Source of the DNA: Squalus acanthias
Lineage: Eukaryota
DNA length: 64,000 nt
Direction of reading: 5' to 3'
Assembly (NCBI GenBank): GCA_030390025.1
Contig: CM059431.1
Coordinates: 114,702,001-114,766,000 of the forward strand
In this document: one piece after another, positions 37,131 to 50,425 of the stretch
How positions within the stretch are numbered: the first letter of the stretch is position 1
How the letters are laid out: every line of letters starts with the position of its first letter
Translations under genes and position numbers: made by a program
Notes under the pieces: model-generated
Database searches by the model: none
What the model was told of the DNA's origin: nothing
The model's input: the letters and a program-made list of their open reading frames with translations, nothing else

Positions 37131-40100
37131 GTTTCTTTGAGAGTCTTCTCTGTAGTCTGTATATCTCCCATTGTTTGTTTGCTTGCTTCTCATTTGTTTT
37201 ATCTATCACTCTCACATCAGAAAAATGAAACAGTTGGGCCAGGGAAGGGATAAACTCTCAAAACACATCTCAGTCGGCTGACTTGCAATTAACCACTCAA
37301 GTATTTATATAGAAAGTTTAACAAAAGAAAAAAACTTCCGAAAGTACTTTGCAGAGGGAAAAATAAGAAAAATGGAACAGACACTTAACTTGGGTGAGAA
37401 GTTAGGAAAGGTGACTGAAAGCTTGGTTAAGGTGGGGAGAGAAGTAGAGAGGCAGAGGAGAAAATGCACAGGATGCCCGAGTTGGAGGATTGAAGGGTGC
37501 AGGAGTAAAACTTAAGCATTGAAAAGGTTGCATAGGTAAGATGGGGTAAAGATGGTGACAGATTGGAAGAGGATAAGGAGTTTAAGTAGAATGTGTAGTA
37601 TGACAGCCAACCAATGTAGGTCAGGTGAGGTTTGAGGTAATGGGGGAGAGGGACTTGCTGCAGGACAGGATTGTGAGCAGCTGATTTTTAGAACCATATA
37701 GCACAAAAGGCAGCCATTCAAGCAGTCATATCTATGGTAGCTTGTTGCTAGAGCCATTAAATCTAATCCCATTGCCCTCTCAGCTCACAATAGCCCACTA
37801 TCTATCCCTACATTGGAATTTATGAAGTTGAGATGGGAGGCCAACAAGGAATAGGTTAGAAATTTTCAAGTCCAGCAGTGACAAAACATAAATTAAGGGT
37901 TTTGGCAGCAGTGGATGAAGTAGGAAGGAAGGCAGTGCATGTTGTAGCAATGGAACTAAGCAGTCTTGTTGATGGACACAATTATGGGAAGGGGATTGAG
38001 CAAACAAGGCAAGTCACATGATGGAAAAGGTTAGCTTGAAGAGGACAAGGGGGGGGGGCTGTGTGATGGATGGTCTCAATGTTAGAGACAAAGAAATTTT
38101 CATGAGCAAGGGAGCAGCTGAGAGCCACAGGTGGGACTGGTTTACAGAATGTGCATCAGGCTGATATGAAAATTCTATAAATGCTCAGTAAATAGATTAA
38201 TGAGGGAGAAAGGTGAGGGAGGAGGACAGCAACTGGGGAGGGGGTGGAAGAGAGGAAAGAGAAGAGATGGAAAATAAGATTAAAAAGGAACTGGCAACGA
38301 CCTCAGGACAAATGAACATTCTTGTGTGAATTGAGAAGATCTATGATCTACTACTAAAACAGTTTGTCTAGTTTAAGTTGTTACTATTATAAGTAAAACT
38401 GACTACTTTTAAAGTAGATCAATCTGTAGTACTGTTCCAGAATGTTCTCATCCTCGCTGTACAATTACTACATGCACTTTACTGGCAGTATTTCACAGGC
38501 AATAATAGTAGCTGACTGACATGAGCTTTCTTTTGTACTATTACCGTCTGATGTAATTCACCCAAAATTGCTGCCTGCTGAAAGAGCTGGCAGGCAATAA
38601 TGGAAAGTGCTTTGCCAAAAACAGCACTTTATCTAGTCATGTTCAGGAATCAAGCCCCAAAGTGTTTTACAGATATGAAAAGGTCATCTTAACTTTCCTT
38701 GATAGCTTTCATTGAACATTGTTAATGTGGCAAAAAGGGAATTTTGCACCACAGGAAATATCAACACTATGAACATGCTTTCACACATGCATGTCATCTA
38801 TTCATGCTCAATCCTACCCAATATCAGTTTAACAGAACCTGTTCATACATAGTTCATTCCCTTTCTTCATCATTTAAAATAAAGCCAAGCAATTTGTCAT
38901 AGCCAAAAAACCCATCATGGAATAGCTGCAGAGGAAATAATTCACAAAATTCAGAGTGATGACAGCAAGAATGGAGCTAGACCCTGGCAAGAAAAGCACC
39001 AGTCTCTGGTTTCTGATGCCCATCTAAACAAGAACACATAGACCAAGACGAAAGAACAGAATGGAGACGAGACACAGGAACCTGGTTTTGAAAATCGCAG
39101 TGCCCAGGATAAGCACAGAAAATCATGGGATCTGACATGTTTTTATGCCAGACAAATCACTTGTTTTAATTTATTAATTATACATTAGGCTATTAACTAA
39201 TATATCTGCCCTGACAACTATCCAGTGTGTCATATTTGGTTCTGTTCAGACAGTCATGCTGAGGCACAGAATTGGGAGTGTGAATGTAACAGTGAATTAG
39301 TTGCCCTAAACTGCACACAATACTCCAATTTCAGCCTGAAGTCTTGTCGAAGTTCAACATTACCTCCTTGAACTTGCAGAGGACCTTAATTCGACTGCAA
39401 TTGGAGTGTCGTGCTAGGCAAGGCAGTTCATTATAGAAAGAATACAAAACAATGGGGAAAAATGCAGCATAGATTGACTCTGGTGTTCTCAGGGATGAAG
39501 GGGTCGCAGTTACGGAGAGAAAATTGAAGTTAGTTTTCCCCCTCCCACTAAAGGTTAAGGGGTAATCCGATAGAGGTTTTCAAGATTATCAAGGGTTAGA
39601 AGATAAATAGTTTCCACTGGTTGATAAGAGAATAATAAGGGGACACAAATTTAAAACTTAGAAAAAGAATTGAAGGGGAGGTTAGCATTTTTTTTTTAAA
39701 AAGGGAATTAGTTACTTGAAAATTATTAAAGGGTATGGAGTAAAGAATGGGGACAGTGGGATTAGACTAAGTAGTTCACGTGGAGAAAAACCAACACAGA
39801 CTTAATGGGAAGAACAGTCCGTTTCTGCGCAGTTACTTCCTATAATTCATCATACTATGTCAGAACACTGATATTGATAACATTGTGATAGCTCAAATAA
39901 AGAGATCCTCCTTCATAGCAGTAGGGACTCAGCAACTGGTTAGCCCTGGCTGGCGTGAAGAACAACTTCTTGATTTTCCTGTGCCATCCGAGTGGAGTGC
40001 CACACATACAGGAGGGGACAGATTATGAATTTTGGATACAAACCTACAAAGAGGTTCAGGATACTGTCCTGAACATGGTAGGGTTCAGATGATCGACCAA

Positions 40101-41238
40101 GGAACCAACAGCTGCCGATATGTTGGTTCATTGACTAAACCCAAAGCTCTGATTTCTGTGGCTGCATTAGCAGGATGCATCCCCTATTAAAACCTACATA
40201 AAGAAAGGTTGCAAGAGGTGACTTCTCCCAGTTAGAAGCTTTGGCCAAGGGGAATCAGGACATGTGCAGGTATTGTTGCAGTCAATGATAACATAAATGA
40301 TCTGCAGAGAGGAGGGAAGTCCCTACAATATAGGAGAGTCAGGCCATGTCAATAAGCTTTGATTGATGACATTGGTTAGTAGAAATCAGAGTTGCAGCAA
40401 GTTACATAAGCTACCATCTAATACTCAATCCCAGGAGCTGATGCATAACATGATTCTAACTCGATCCATAGACAGACGACAATGTTCTACACAGTTAGGA
40501 AATGAATGCTTGCGCTTGTTGTGTTCTGAATGCAAACTGGACTCGAGACCTCAATTAGTGTAGGCATTCCATCCTTTCAACCAGAATTACTTCCCAGCAT
40601 TTCAAGTGTGCGTGACAAATCCTCTTTGAAATCCTGTAAAGGCTGTGCAATTTAAGGAGTTATGGAACATGGGTCGACAGTGCATGCATCAGTGATAGTT
40701 GCTGGAAAGGTACAGTAGCAAGATGCACAATTTATTAATCCAGTTTCTGACATTAGTGCTGTAGGGCCACTGGTGTGAGACTTTGTTCAAAACAACAATG
40801 CACAAGTCCACTGAAGTTCATAAGGAAAAAGTGCACCAAAGGGATAAATAACTAAAAAACTCAAAACAATTTATTTTAATTTTAAATGAACGACTACTCG
40901 AGAGCAAACCAACAGCTGCTAAACTAAATAGTACAATTAACCCAAGAATTGAATAAATGGCAGGTTGATAGATTTAAAACAAAAACTGATGCACTGCAAT
41001 TCTTAGATTGCTGGGGAAAAAAAACGATATCCAAAACCTGAAGAGAGCTTGCTTGCCACATGCAGTACGGGACAGCTTCAGCACACTATTACCATGCAGG
41101 AGCTTCATGTGACATACATGCCTCTTGAATTGTACTTGCACCACTCCCTCACTGGAAGTATAGAGTTTTCAGCAAACTTAGCAAATTCACAACATTGTCA
41201 CTAAAATTGAAAGTAGAATTATTTTATAAAACATGTAC

Positions 41239-41352
41239 CTCCTCTTCATCTGCCTCCGCATCCTCAGGTTCAGCAGCTGCGGTGGTAGCTCCAGGCTTGT
41301 ACCATGCAAGTTGAAGGTCCTGCCCTTTGAAACGAATTCCATGTAAAGCAGC
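41239..41352 (-). CDS. RBM26: RBM26 penultimate coding exon, AALHGIRFKGQDLQLAWYKPGATTAAAEPEDAEADEEE
   Basis: 114 nt with ttttag| and |gtacat. End of the RRM (RFKGQDLxLAW). Confidence 0.95.
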
Positions 41353-42933
41353 CTAAAAGCCATATTGAACAGAAGAATCATATCTCTCCCGTAACAAAAG
41401 CTACTTCATGAGGCTAGGTCAATAATTTCAATCATATAGTTTATATAACAAGCTCCTTGGATAAACATTCCAAGTTGATCAGGATCTCCAAAATATCAAA
41501 TATGAGGGCAGCCTTACTAAATGGCATACTGATTAAACATGCAAAGCATATTGTGCAATGCACATCTGTCATAAATGATTTAATACTCTCACCACCCACA
41601 GTATTACAATCCAAGTATAACCAGCTTACTACAAAAACTCAATGTTGATAAAGGTTGCTGGAGAAAGCAGTTGATATGTGAAGAGGAAAACTAGTGTGAG
41701 CATTAAAAAAAAATACAATGCCTTTTTGTATCACTGCAGCATTTGAGAAGCACATTACCCATGACTTTTAAACTAAAATATGCAATAAAAGTCAGTGAGA
41801 AATTTCTACCAATAGACAAAAGAACGCTTCCTCCAGTCAATGATTTATGCAGTTCCAGAGAGGGAGCCACTGAAGAAAACAAAAATACTCAGCTGTTTAT
41901 TATGGAGCAGGAAGATTATCCAAGACTTGGGAAGTTAATTACCTTCCTAACCATATCTTTGTGGGAATAAAAGTACCTCTTTGTATCTGATAAACTCAAT
42001 ATAGAACAGTATCACAAACTTAAGAGTTCCATTTTATCCAAGTAGAATATCAACAAAACTAATGAGAGCAAGAGGTAATCATAAATCTGTTTGGCCACAG
42101 TTAAGAGTAGTGTGTAGTTTGGACGCCCAACTATTCCTTCTTGCTACTGGAGGACGAAGACTCCTGCATGAGCGTTTAAGTACAACAAAACTTGCAAAGT
42201 TGGAGGAAAAAAGCAAAATACTGCAAATGCAGCAACATCTGTGAAGAAAGGAAGGTAGGGTTTATGTTTTAGGTCGATGACCTTTCCTTCGAACTACAAG
42301 TTGTTACAGATGAACAACTTGCAAGGAGGAACAGAGGCAGGAAAAAGGGACAAGAGAAGAAAAAGAACAGTCTGTTCTGGGTGGAGGACAGGAGATGATT
42401 ACTGACAGAAGTGATAATGGTGTGATAAAAGAGGAGAAATTAGAGAAATAAATTATACAGTATATCCAAGACCCAGAGGATGTGTGAATAGTTACAGCAG
42501 AATAGCAGGCGGGGCAGGGTAGAAGAGGGAAGCATGTAAAATCTGGCAAAGTGGAGACGGCTTCAGTGGCCCGGGACTTAAGAAAAACGCAAGTGGCACC
42601 AGGGTTGCCAACCACCCCGCCAGCTTTATACTGATAAAGGATTCCCAACCCAAGCACCAGCCCACAACTCCCCCCAATTGCCAGAAGCAAGAGTGCACCC
42701 ATCCTACATTACCAGCACCTGCTGTCCGAAAGAAAATGGGAGCTGTGGTTAAGGTCTGAAGTTGTTATAGTGAATGTGAAGTACCTAGTAGAAAAATACA
42801 GTGCTGTTCCTCGAGCTTATCCCGAGCTTCAGGTCGCTAGCCACTTTAATTCTCTGTCCTACTCGCACCTCTGGCATTGGTCTCCTACATTGTTGCAAAT
42901 GTAGCTCAATGCAAGTTCGAGGAAAAACATCTA

Positions 42934-43648
42934 GGGGTTGTTTCCACTTTGGGCGCAATCGGCGATCCAGGAGCCAACTGTGCCAGTTTTCTAAATTTAA
43001 TTTTTTGCTCAAGTTTCAGCTCAAACTCTTGCATTTCGCCAAACGTAAACTTTTCCATGAACCAGCGCAATCGGGCAGCATTTTAGATTGTAATTATTCT
43101 TTTGCATTAAAAAATATTCTGATATATTTAAGAGTGGTAACCTGGTGCAGTTTTATTAATATAGCTGAAAATGGGTTTATCACAAAAAATAAGCATTTTT
43201 TAAAAAATAAGAGTGCCTAGTCCACCACCTGTGAGTAACCCGATTTTAAACAACTGAACATGACTTTAAACTATACAGAACCATTTACAGTACTAGTTTC
43301 ATTGGGGACAGTAGTCAGTTTCTTGGTAAATTTAAACATTTTTAATATTTAAAAGCTTTTAAAAGGTGCCCTTGCGTCTTTAAAAAAAAAGCTTAATTTT
43401 AAGAGCCTCATTGAAGGCCCGCAAACTGGAACAATTAGTGGAAACTCGCCATGGTGATTAATTCGATCGGGGGCGTAGACTGTTGTGGGCGGGGCCTGTT
43501 TCCAGCACGCTTTTTAAAAAAAAACAGGCACAAAAGATCGCGGAAACCTGATTTGCGCTTGAAATTCCCGAAGCTTCTGTACTGGTTTGGCCAATTTTGG
43601 GCAAATTGCACTGGAAATACCAGCGCAACCTTGTGGAAGCTCTACCCC
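42934..43648. mobile_element. MITE-like element
   Basis: Imperfect TIR ggggttgtttccac / gtggaagctctacccc with CpG-rich subterminal regions. Cleanly interrupts Penelope sequence. Confidence 0.6.
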
Positions 43649-43665
43649 CTTATCTTTCTACTAAG

Positions 43666-44406
43666 TATAGATTGGGAAATGCTGATGTATAAAGGGACCT
43701 GGGTGTCCTTGTACACCAGTCACTGAAAGCAAACATGCAAGTGCAGCAAGCAGTTAGGAAGGCAAATGGTATGTTGGCCTTCATTGCAAGAGGATTTGAG
43801 TACAGGAGTAAGGATGTCTTACTACAGTTGTACAGGGCCTTAGTGAGACCACACCTGGAGTAGTGTGCAGTTTTGGTCTCCTTACCCAAGAAAGGATATA
43901 ATTGCCATAGAGGGAGTGCAGCGAAGGTTCACCAGGCTGATTCCTGGGATGGCAGGACTGTCTTATGAGGAGAGATTGGGTCGACTAGGCCTGTATTCAC
44001 GAGTTTAGAAGAATGAGAGGGGATCTCATTGAAACGTATAAAATTCTGACAGGTCTAGACAGACTGGATGCAGGGAGGATGTTTCCCCTGGCTGGGGGGT
44101 CTAGAACGAGGGGTCAGTCTCAGGATACAGGGTAGGACATTTAGGACTGAGATGAGAAGAAATTTCTTCACTCAGAGGGTAGTGAACCTGTGGAATTCTC
44201 TACCACAGAAGGCTGTGGAGGCCAAGTCACTGAATATATTTTAGGAGATAGATAGATTTCTAGACACAAAAGGCATCAAGGGGTATGGAGGGAGAGCGGG
44301 AATATGGTATTGAGATAGAGGATCAGCCATGATCATATTGAATGGCGGAGCAGGCTCGAAGGGCCGAATGCCCTATTCCTGCTCCTATTTTTCTATGTTT
44401 CTATGT
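43666..44406 (+). mobile_element. CR1-clade LINE 3' fragment
   Basis: agggacctgggtgtcctt...gtgagaccacacctggagta...tggaattctctacc, ending ttctatgtttctatgt. Confidence 0.93.
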
Positions 44407-44904
44407 ATTATACAGCCCTCTGGCCTTAACATTAATTTCATCAACTTCAGTCCTTAACCACAGCTTCCATTTTCTCTCGGGCAGTAGGTGCTGGTAATGT
44501 GGTCATCGGTGCCTTAGCAAGTCTGGGAGATTGCGAGCTGCTACTTGGGTTAGGAATCCCCTCATCAATATACAGCCAGTGGGGTCAGCTTCCCTTGACT
44601 TCCATCATACTCCTGGGGCCACTGAAGCCTTCTCTGCTTTGCCAGATTGGTCATGTTTTTCCCATCCACTGCTATTTTGCTGTAAACGTTTACGTATCCT
44701 CTGGATCTCGGATACATCTTTTATTTCTCGGCCGAAACACTGAACAGTCACACTCATACAAATGCCAATACTACAAGTAGAGCCAATGATAGAAAAGTCC
44801 TTCCTGCAGAAGATACAAATCTTGAACCAATTAGGAGTTGGAACTCAGACTTGAGCCCCAAAAGGCAAAAAAAACAAATGGATGGATACTTGAACACCAA
44901 TTAC

Positions 44905-45680
44905 CCACAACACAACTTGCATTTATACAATGCTTTTAAACATGGAAAACTTCCTGAAGTCTTTTATGAAAGGGGAGCTGGGGAAGGAGGAGGAAAAAAG
45001 ATAAAAGGGAACAAAGGAAGGAACACCAAGTTACAATGGAAGAATAAGAGACCAAAAACTTGATCAAAAAGTTAAGTTTTGAGAAGGTTTTCGAAAGAGC
45101 GGAGAGATGTAGAGAGACATAAGAGTTTAGACAGAGCCCCAGAGTAGGGCCACGATGGCTTAAAGCTCTACCAGCAGTGGTATAAAGCATAGAAAGTTGG
45201 AAACAGAGTGAAGGAAGGGATACAAGACTGAAGGTTGCAGAGACAGAATGGGATGAAGTTGTGGAGTGATGAGGAGAAAGACTCCCTGGGAGACAGGGAG
45301 CAAACATGTCAGGAAACAGGGGTGATGGACACGGCGGACTTAAACGTGGGACATGGAAGGGTAACTGAGCTTGGGAAAAATTGGGATAAATTGAGTTTAG
45401 AGCTGACAAAAACAGGGATACATTTTTCAGCAGTGGTGGGGGTTGAGATAGGGATGGAGGTGAAAAGAAGTGGTCTTATGATGAGTATGATGTATGATCT
45501 GAGACTCAGCTCTGGGCAAACAGGATGCCCAGGCTTTGCGCAGTCTGGTTCAATCTGAGCGAGTGGCCAGAGAGCGATGGATTCAGTCACATGGGAGCTT
45601 TATAGCAGGGGCTGAAAACAATGCCTTCAGTCTTCCCGATGTTCAGTTGGAGGAAACTTTTTCTCATCCATGACTGTATC
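44905..45680 (-). mobile_element. Old L2-clade 3' fragment
   Basis: aacttgcatttatacaatgc tail. TAEKCIPVFVSSKLN remnant of AE.LIHAFVTSRLDY. Confidence 0.6.
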
Positions 45681-47104
45681 AGAGACAGAGTCCAATACAC
45701 TAATTAAAGTACTATGCTATTTCTAAAAATGCAGGCGACCATTTGTGAGGAATTTAGAATTTACGCTGAAAATATTTTTTTCAAAAAGCTACACTTCTAT
45801 GGAGAACAAATTGTGAATTTTAAAGTAAGCAGAGAAATTTTTAAAAAAGCTAGTGCTCAACTCCCCTCCTGGAATGATACATCAGAATAAAGTAAACCAA
45901 TTTTCAAAAGGCAGCATATCAAATTAAGCTAAGCCATAACATTTAGTGAATACATGAGTACCAACTGAGTTATTTTGGGAGAGAGAGAGAAAAATATGAA
46001 AAAAACACTGATGCCTCTCTCCTCCCAATAACATATTTTAAAACCAGTCCACGTAACCCAGAAACCATATTTTGAGATCTTTTGCTGCAACTGGAAAAGA
46101 TGGAGCAGTAAATCAACATTCAAAATTTGCATTTAGGAAATGCACTGAACCAACCAGTGAAATCCAAAACCTTAAATTAAAAGAACACAAACTAAAACAA
46201 ATCAGTGTTAACGCATTAGCAGCATACCAGAATAACTAGCAGTCACAAGATTTATCGCACAATTTGGAACTACAGTGTAATGTGAAATGTAGAAACAATT
46301 ACACCTTCAATGACATTTTTACATGAATTGTACAATATTACAGTCCCCAGGTATAAATTTTGTATTTCCGCATTTAAATTTATAATAAATTTCACTAGTT
46401 CCAGCTGCATTTAAACGCAGCGGTGTATTTCTCAGGCTGCATTCTTAACAGAATACAACTGAACTAGGTTCGCCCAGAGAATTGCTATTTTTGTATCGAA
46501 AAGCAGCCACTTTATACACTAGGTACAATAATACTACACAGAGCACAGAGTAATACTTATGGCAAAACAAATGGTTGAGGTGCAAGACTAAAGACTCCAT
46601 CTATATATAATTCTAATTTCTCCTAACAAAAGTCATCCATCTCTAACCATTCCCCACCCCCCGAAAGGAGCACTCCTATCTTGCTGATAAAAAGGTTCAC
46701 ACATATACAACAATATATTCACTAGTTTCCGAAGGGCCTTAATGAAGATCCATACACTTCTAGAAACACACATATACACAAGATATCAATATATTTAGCC
46801 TAGAACACCTCAAGTTTACGATTTCCACCATCTTTTCACAACTGAATAATGATACTGTGGCTGGAAAAGTTCAGCTAGTGCAATGGCTATAAACCACAAG
46901 ACACTTCACTTCAAATGATGAACTATGCAATGGAAAGCAGGTTAAGGATCATTGAAATTGGATTAGCTCCCTAAATTGCCATGCCAAGTGCTTTCACTGT
47001 CTGGGATCCCATTCATAAAACAAGTGATCCTTTTAAATATGTTGGAGCTCATTTTAATACTTGAAGTAATCCTAAATTTACATTATGAAAAACGATTTAC
47101 TTAC

Positions 47105-47191
47105 AGCCTCTGCTTCTGCCCTCGTCTTGTAAGTAATGACTGCGTGACGAGAGCCGGCGTCAATCTGACAATCATCAATTTCACCAAATTG
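47105..47191 (-). CDS. RBM26: RBM26 coding exon, RRM, QFGEIDDCQIDAGSRHAVITYKTRAEAEA
   Basis: 87 nt with tttttctctcttaag| acceptor (AAG type) and |gtaagt donor, phase 0-0. Confidence 0.95.
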
Positions 47192-47659
47192 CTTAAGAGA
47201 GAAAAACAGTAAAGTCTGTTAAGCACTACAATTTCAAATACTGTTTTCATAATCAAACTCTCAGCCTTCTGTTTATTGAAGGCAATTAACTTAAGAAATG
47301 CATTCACCTAGAAATAAAAATGCTGCTGGACATAGTCCGAAACAAACCTTGTGGCTAGTAAAATACTACACTTGAATGATGAGATTATAAAATGAGTAAA
47401 ACAAAATTATAGAACATGGGGAAAATGCGCAATCCTAATTTAGCCCAGACTTTGCAATATCAACACTTTCCAATATAGACACACCTGTGGCACGTGCATA
47501 CCCATTTCATGGACCACACTGGATTTTGTGACAAGTCTTGGCTCCTGGACTGTAGTCCTAGAAAAAGTCTGCCAGAGGTTGGCCTGCAGCACATTTGGCT
47601 GGGCAATGCAAAATCTAACCGGGAAGCAGCTGGTCATAAAACAGTTAAGTTGTGGAGGC

Positions 47660-47900
47660 GAGAGAGACTGTGTCAAACTGAGAGGTAGTGGTGAGGTAGA
47701 GCTGGGTGTCATCAGCGTACATGTGGAAACTGACGCTGTGTTTTCGGATGTCGCCGTTGAGGGGCAGCATGCATTTGAGAAATAGGAGGGGGCAATGGAT
47801 AGTTCCTTGGGGGACATCAGAGGTAATGATGCGGGAGCGGGAAGAGAAGCCATTGCAGATGATTCTGATTAGATAGGTAAGAATGGAACCAGACGAGTGC
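47660..47900 (-). mobile_element. L2-clade RT fragment
   Basis: Minus strand gtttccacatgtacgctgatgacacccagctctac (FHMYADDTQLY). Confidence 0.8.
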
Positions 47901-48737
47901 AGTCATGATACTTCAGACCACGCTAGATTGACAAAAATCAATCCATGAAGGGAAATTATTGGAACTAGCTGAAAAGTGCAATACAGCTTACTCCAAAGTG
48001 CAACTGATTCTTCCTACTCTTTTTTAAAATAGAGGTGTAGCCCTTTCAAAAGAGCAGTTTAGGACTGGATAAGGAAGTTGAAGTAATGATGAATGAATAT
48101 TACAAGCCAACACAGACAGAGAAAAATTGCCAGGAATTATTACAAGGCAGTAACTTCAGAGGGATTTAAACAGCATCAAACTGAGAGCATAATTGGGCCA
48201 TTTGGGGGGTGGGGGGAACATCTGAATCTAGGCAGGAAATTATTTCTATGCATGTGTTTTTTTTTAAAAAATACTGCAGCCTTTGAAAACATAATTTTTT
48301 ATTTCCTTCCTGGCAGCAGGTGTCATGGACAATATAGACACTTTTGCATACATGCAGCAAGGCCACGCTGAAGGATGATTGTGATTCACTAAGTTCATTA
48401 GAAGATAATTAATGATTGGTGAAAAATAATATACATCACATTATAAATCAACAATTTAGCATCTGTATTGCTGAGAACAGCAATTACAGAACACCTCTGA
48501 ATACAAGAGATTTGATAATCAGATTACAGATCCAGCAGCATAGATCATACAAGGTACGCTTGATGGGCTCAATGTCCTTTCCCATTTTTCTTATGTATGG
48601 ATTGTGTAACTATATACAGAAACAAAAATGGTAACTATAAAAACATTAGAAATGAAGATAAACAATGTTTCTCTTTCTTGAAAGCAATTCACCATCCTCA
48701 TACTGTTGTGAATGGGACAATCCCTTAGGGGACTACA

Positions 48738-49355
48738 AGGCTTTTGTTACAAAGGGATTAGAGTACAAAAGTAAAGTCTTACTACAATTATACAGGGCAT
48801 TGGTGAGGCCACACCTGGAGTACTGTGTACAGTTCTGGTCTCCTGACCGAAGGAAAGACATACTTGCCCAAGAGGGAGTGCAACAAAGGTTCACTAGACT
48901 GGTTCCTGTGATGAGGGGATTGCCCAGAGAAGAGATGGAGTAGACTAGGCCTATATTCCTTAGAGTTTAGAAGAATGAGAGGTGATCTAATTGAAACACA
49001 CAAAATTCTTCAGGGGCTTGACAGGGTTAATGCTGGGAAAATGTTTCCCCTGACTGGGAAATCTAGAACACGGGGTCACAGTCACAGAATAAGGGGCGGC
49101 CATTTAGGACTGAGATGAGGAGAAATTTCTTCAAAGGGTTGTGAATCTTTGGAATTCTCTACCCGAGAGCTGTGGATGCTCAGTCTTTGAGTATATTCAA
49201 GAAAGAGGTCGATAAATTTTTGGGAATGAAGGGAATTAAGGGATATGAGGATAGTACGGGAAGGTGGAATTGAGGTAGATGATCAGCCATGATCTTGAAT
49301 GGCAGAGCAGGCTCGAAGGGCCAAATGGCCTACTTCAGCTCCTATGTTCTTATGA
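48738..49355 (+). mobile_element. CR1-clade LINE 3' fragment
   Basis: LLQLYRALVRPHLEYCVQFWSP in ORF 48665..48943. CR1 3' UTR ending cctatgttcttatg. Confidence 0.93.
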
Positions 49356-49837
49356 ATCCTTGTTCTTGCATGAAGTTTCCATTTCCTGTACCTATGTAGC
49401 ACTTGACATTATCGAGTTTTTTTTTGAACCGGCAAAAAACAATTTGAATGCCCCCGACAAGTTATTTTTGTTGGTAAAAAGAAAAATGAGATATTTTACA
49501 AGGTGTTACTTGTGTAGTAACACCCAACAGCAGACTCAAGCCCAATGCACTACCCACAGTTGGCAGGATGCAGTTTGTGCTTACAATCTTCTGCATGTTG
49601 AGTTCCCAATCTCAAGCTGGTTGCTATGGAAAAGGCACCCTGCACGTCCAATGTCAGAGGAGCATTGGTAAAGGTCACCGTGCAGATTCGGAGAAAAGGA
49701 AAAACCAAGTAGGGAAGAAAACATCTCAAAAAGCTAGATTTGTCCAAAAGATAATTTGCAAATAATCTTGTATACAAGTTGAGAGAAAAACCCCAAGTAC
49801 AAGGGAATGTTCTTACTAAATGAAGGTGAGAACAGAG

Positions 49838-50030
49838 TGGTGTGGTGGGTTAGACATTGGCCTGTCACCTTTGGGACGTGGGTTCAAATCTAGTCCAGAA
49901 AGTTGGGATAAAAGTCTCCACTATCTGCCGGCTCTGTGAAATGAATTTAGGCAGCCTCAATTTAATTCCCAGTAAGTTGTCCCTAATGCAGCGCTCATTT
50001 TGCCAACCTTACTCAAAGATGGCTGGCAAA
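49838..50030 (+). mobile_element. Ancient tRNA-derived SINE, LF-SINE-like head
   Basis: gcctgtcacctttgggacgtgggttcaaatctagtccag...gtgaaatgaatttaggcagcctca resembles the LF-SINE consensus as I recall it. Confidence 0.45.
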
Positions 50031-50221
50031 GGAAAATTGTCTCACTAGTGCAATAGGGGGTGCGCAGTGCATTAGCTGTGCAATATCAGGACATGAGCAC
50101 GTTTGAAGCCCGACTGGGTGCTCCTAGTCTCTCTTGAATGTGATCAAATAACTAAAGAGATCAAGATTTCCTGTTCTGTCTGGTTCAGTACAACAACAGC
50201 CATCATGTTGACTATACTTAC

Positions 50222-50425
50222 TGCAAAATGCGGCAGGACTTCATCTTGGTCACTTTCTGAAAAACCAGATATATTCAATGACTTTGGACGATGGTCTACT
50301 ACAGAGTGAAAAGGTACACCCCGGCCTCGTCCTCGATGTCCTCTACCTCGACCTCGGTGTCCACCTCGCCCTCTGGAGTGGTGCCCCCTTCCACGAACAG
50401 AGGAAAGGATCCCCCGTTTGGCAGC
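50222..50425 (-). CDS. RBM26: RBM26 coding exon, RG-repeat box and start of C-terminal RRM (AAKRGILSSVRGRG...VVDHRPKSLNISGFSESDQDEVLPHFA)
   Basis: 204 nt with ttgcag| and |gtaagt, inside ORF 50144..50464. RGRG repeats followed by VVDHRP. Confidence 0.96.

Larger units (their letters stand above)
42205..44715. mobile_element. Old Penelope-like element with inverted repeats, interrupted by a MITE and a CR1
   Basis: About 42464-42765 is the diverged reverse complement of about 44440-44715. The GIY-YIG tail (42830-42932, 43650-43665, 44407-44450) is split by two inserts. Confidence 0.75.
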
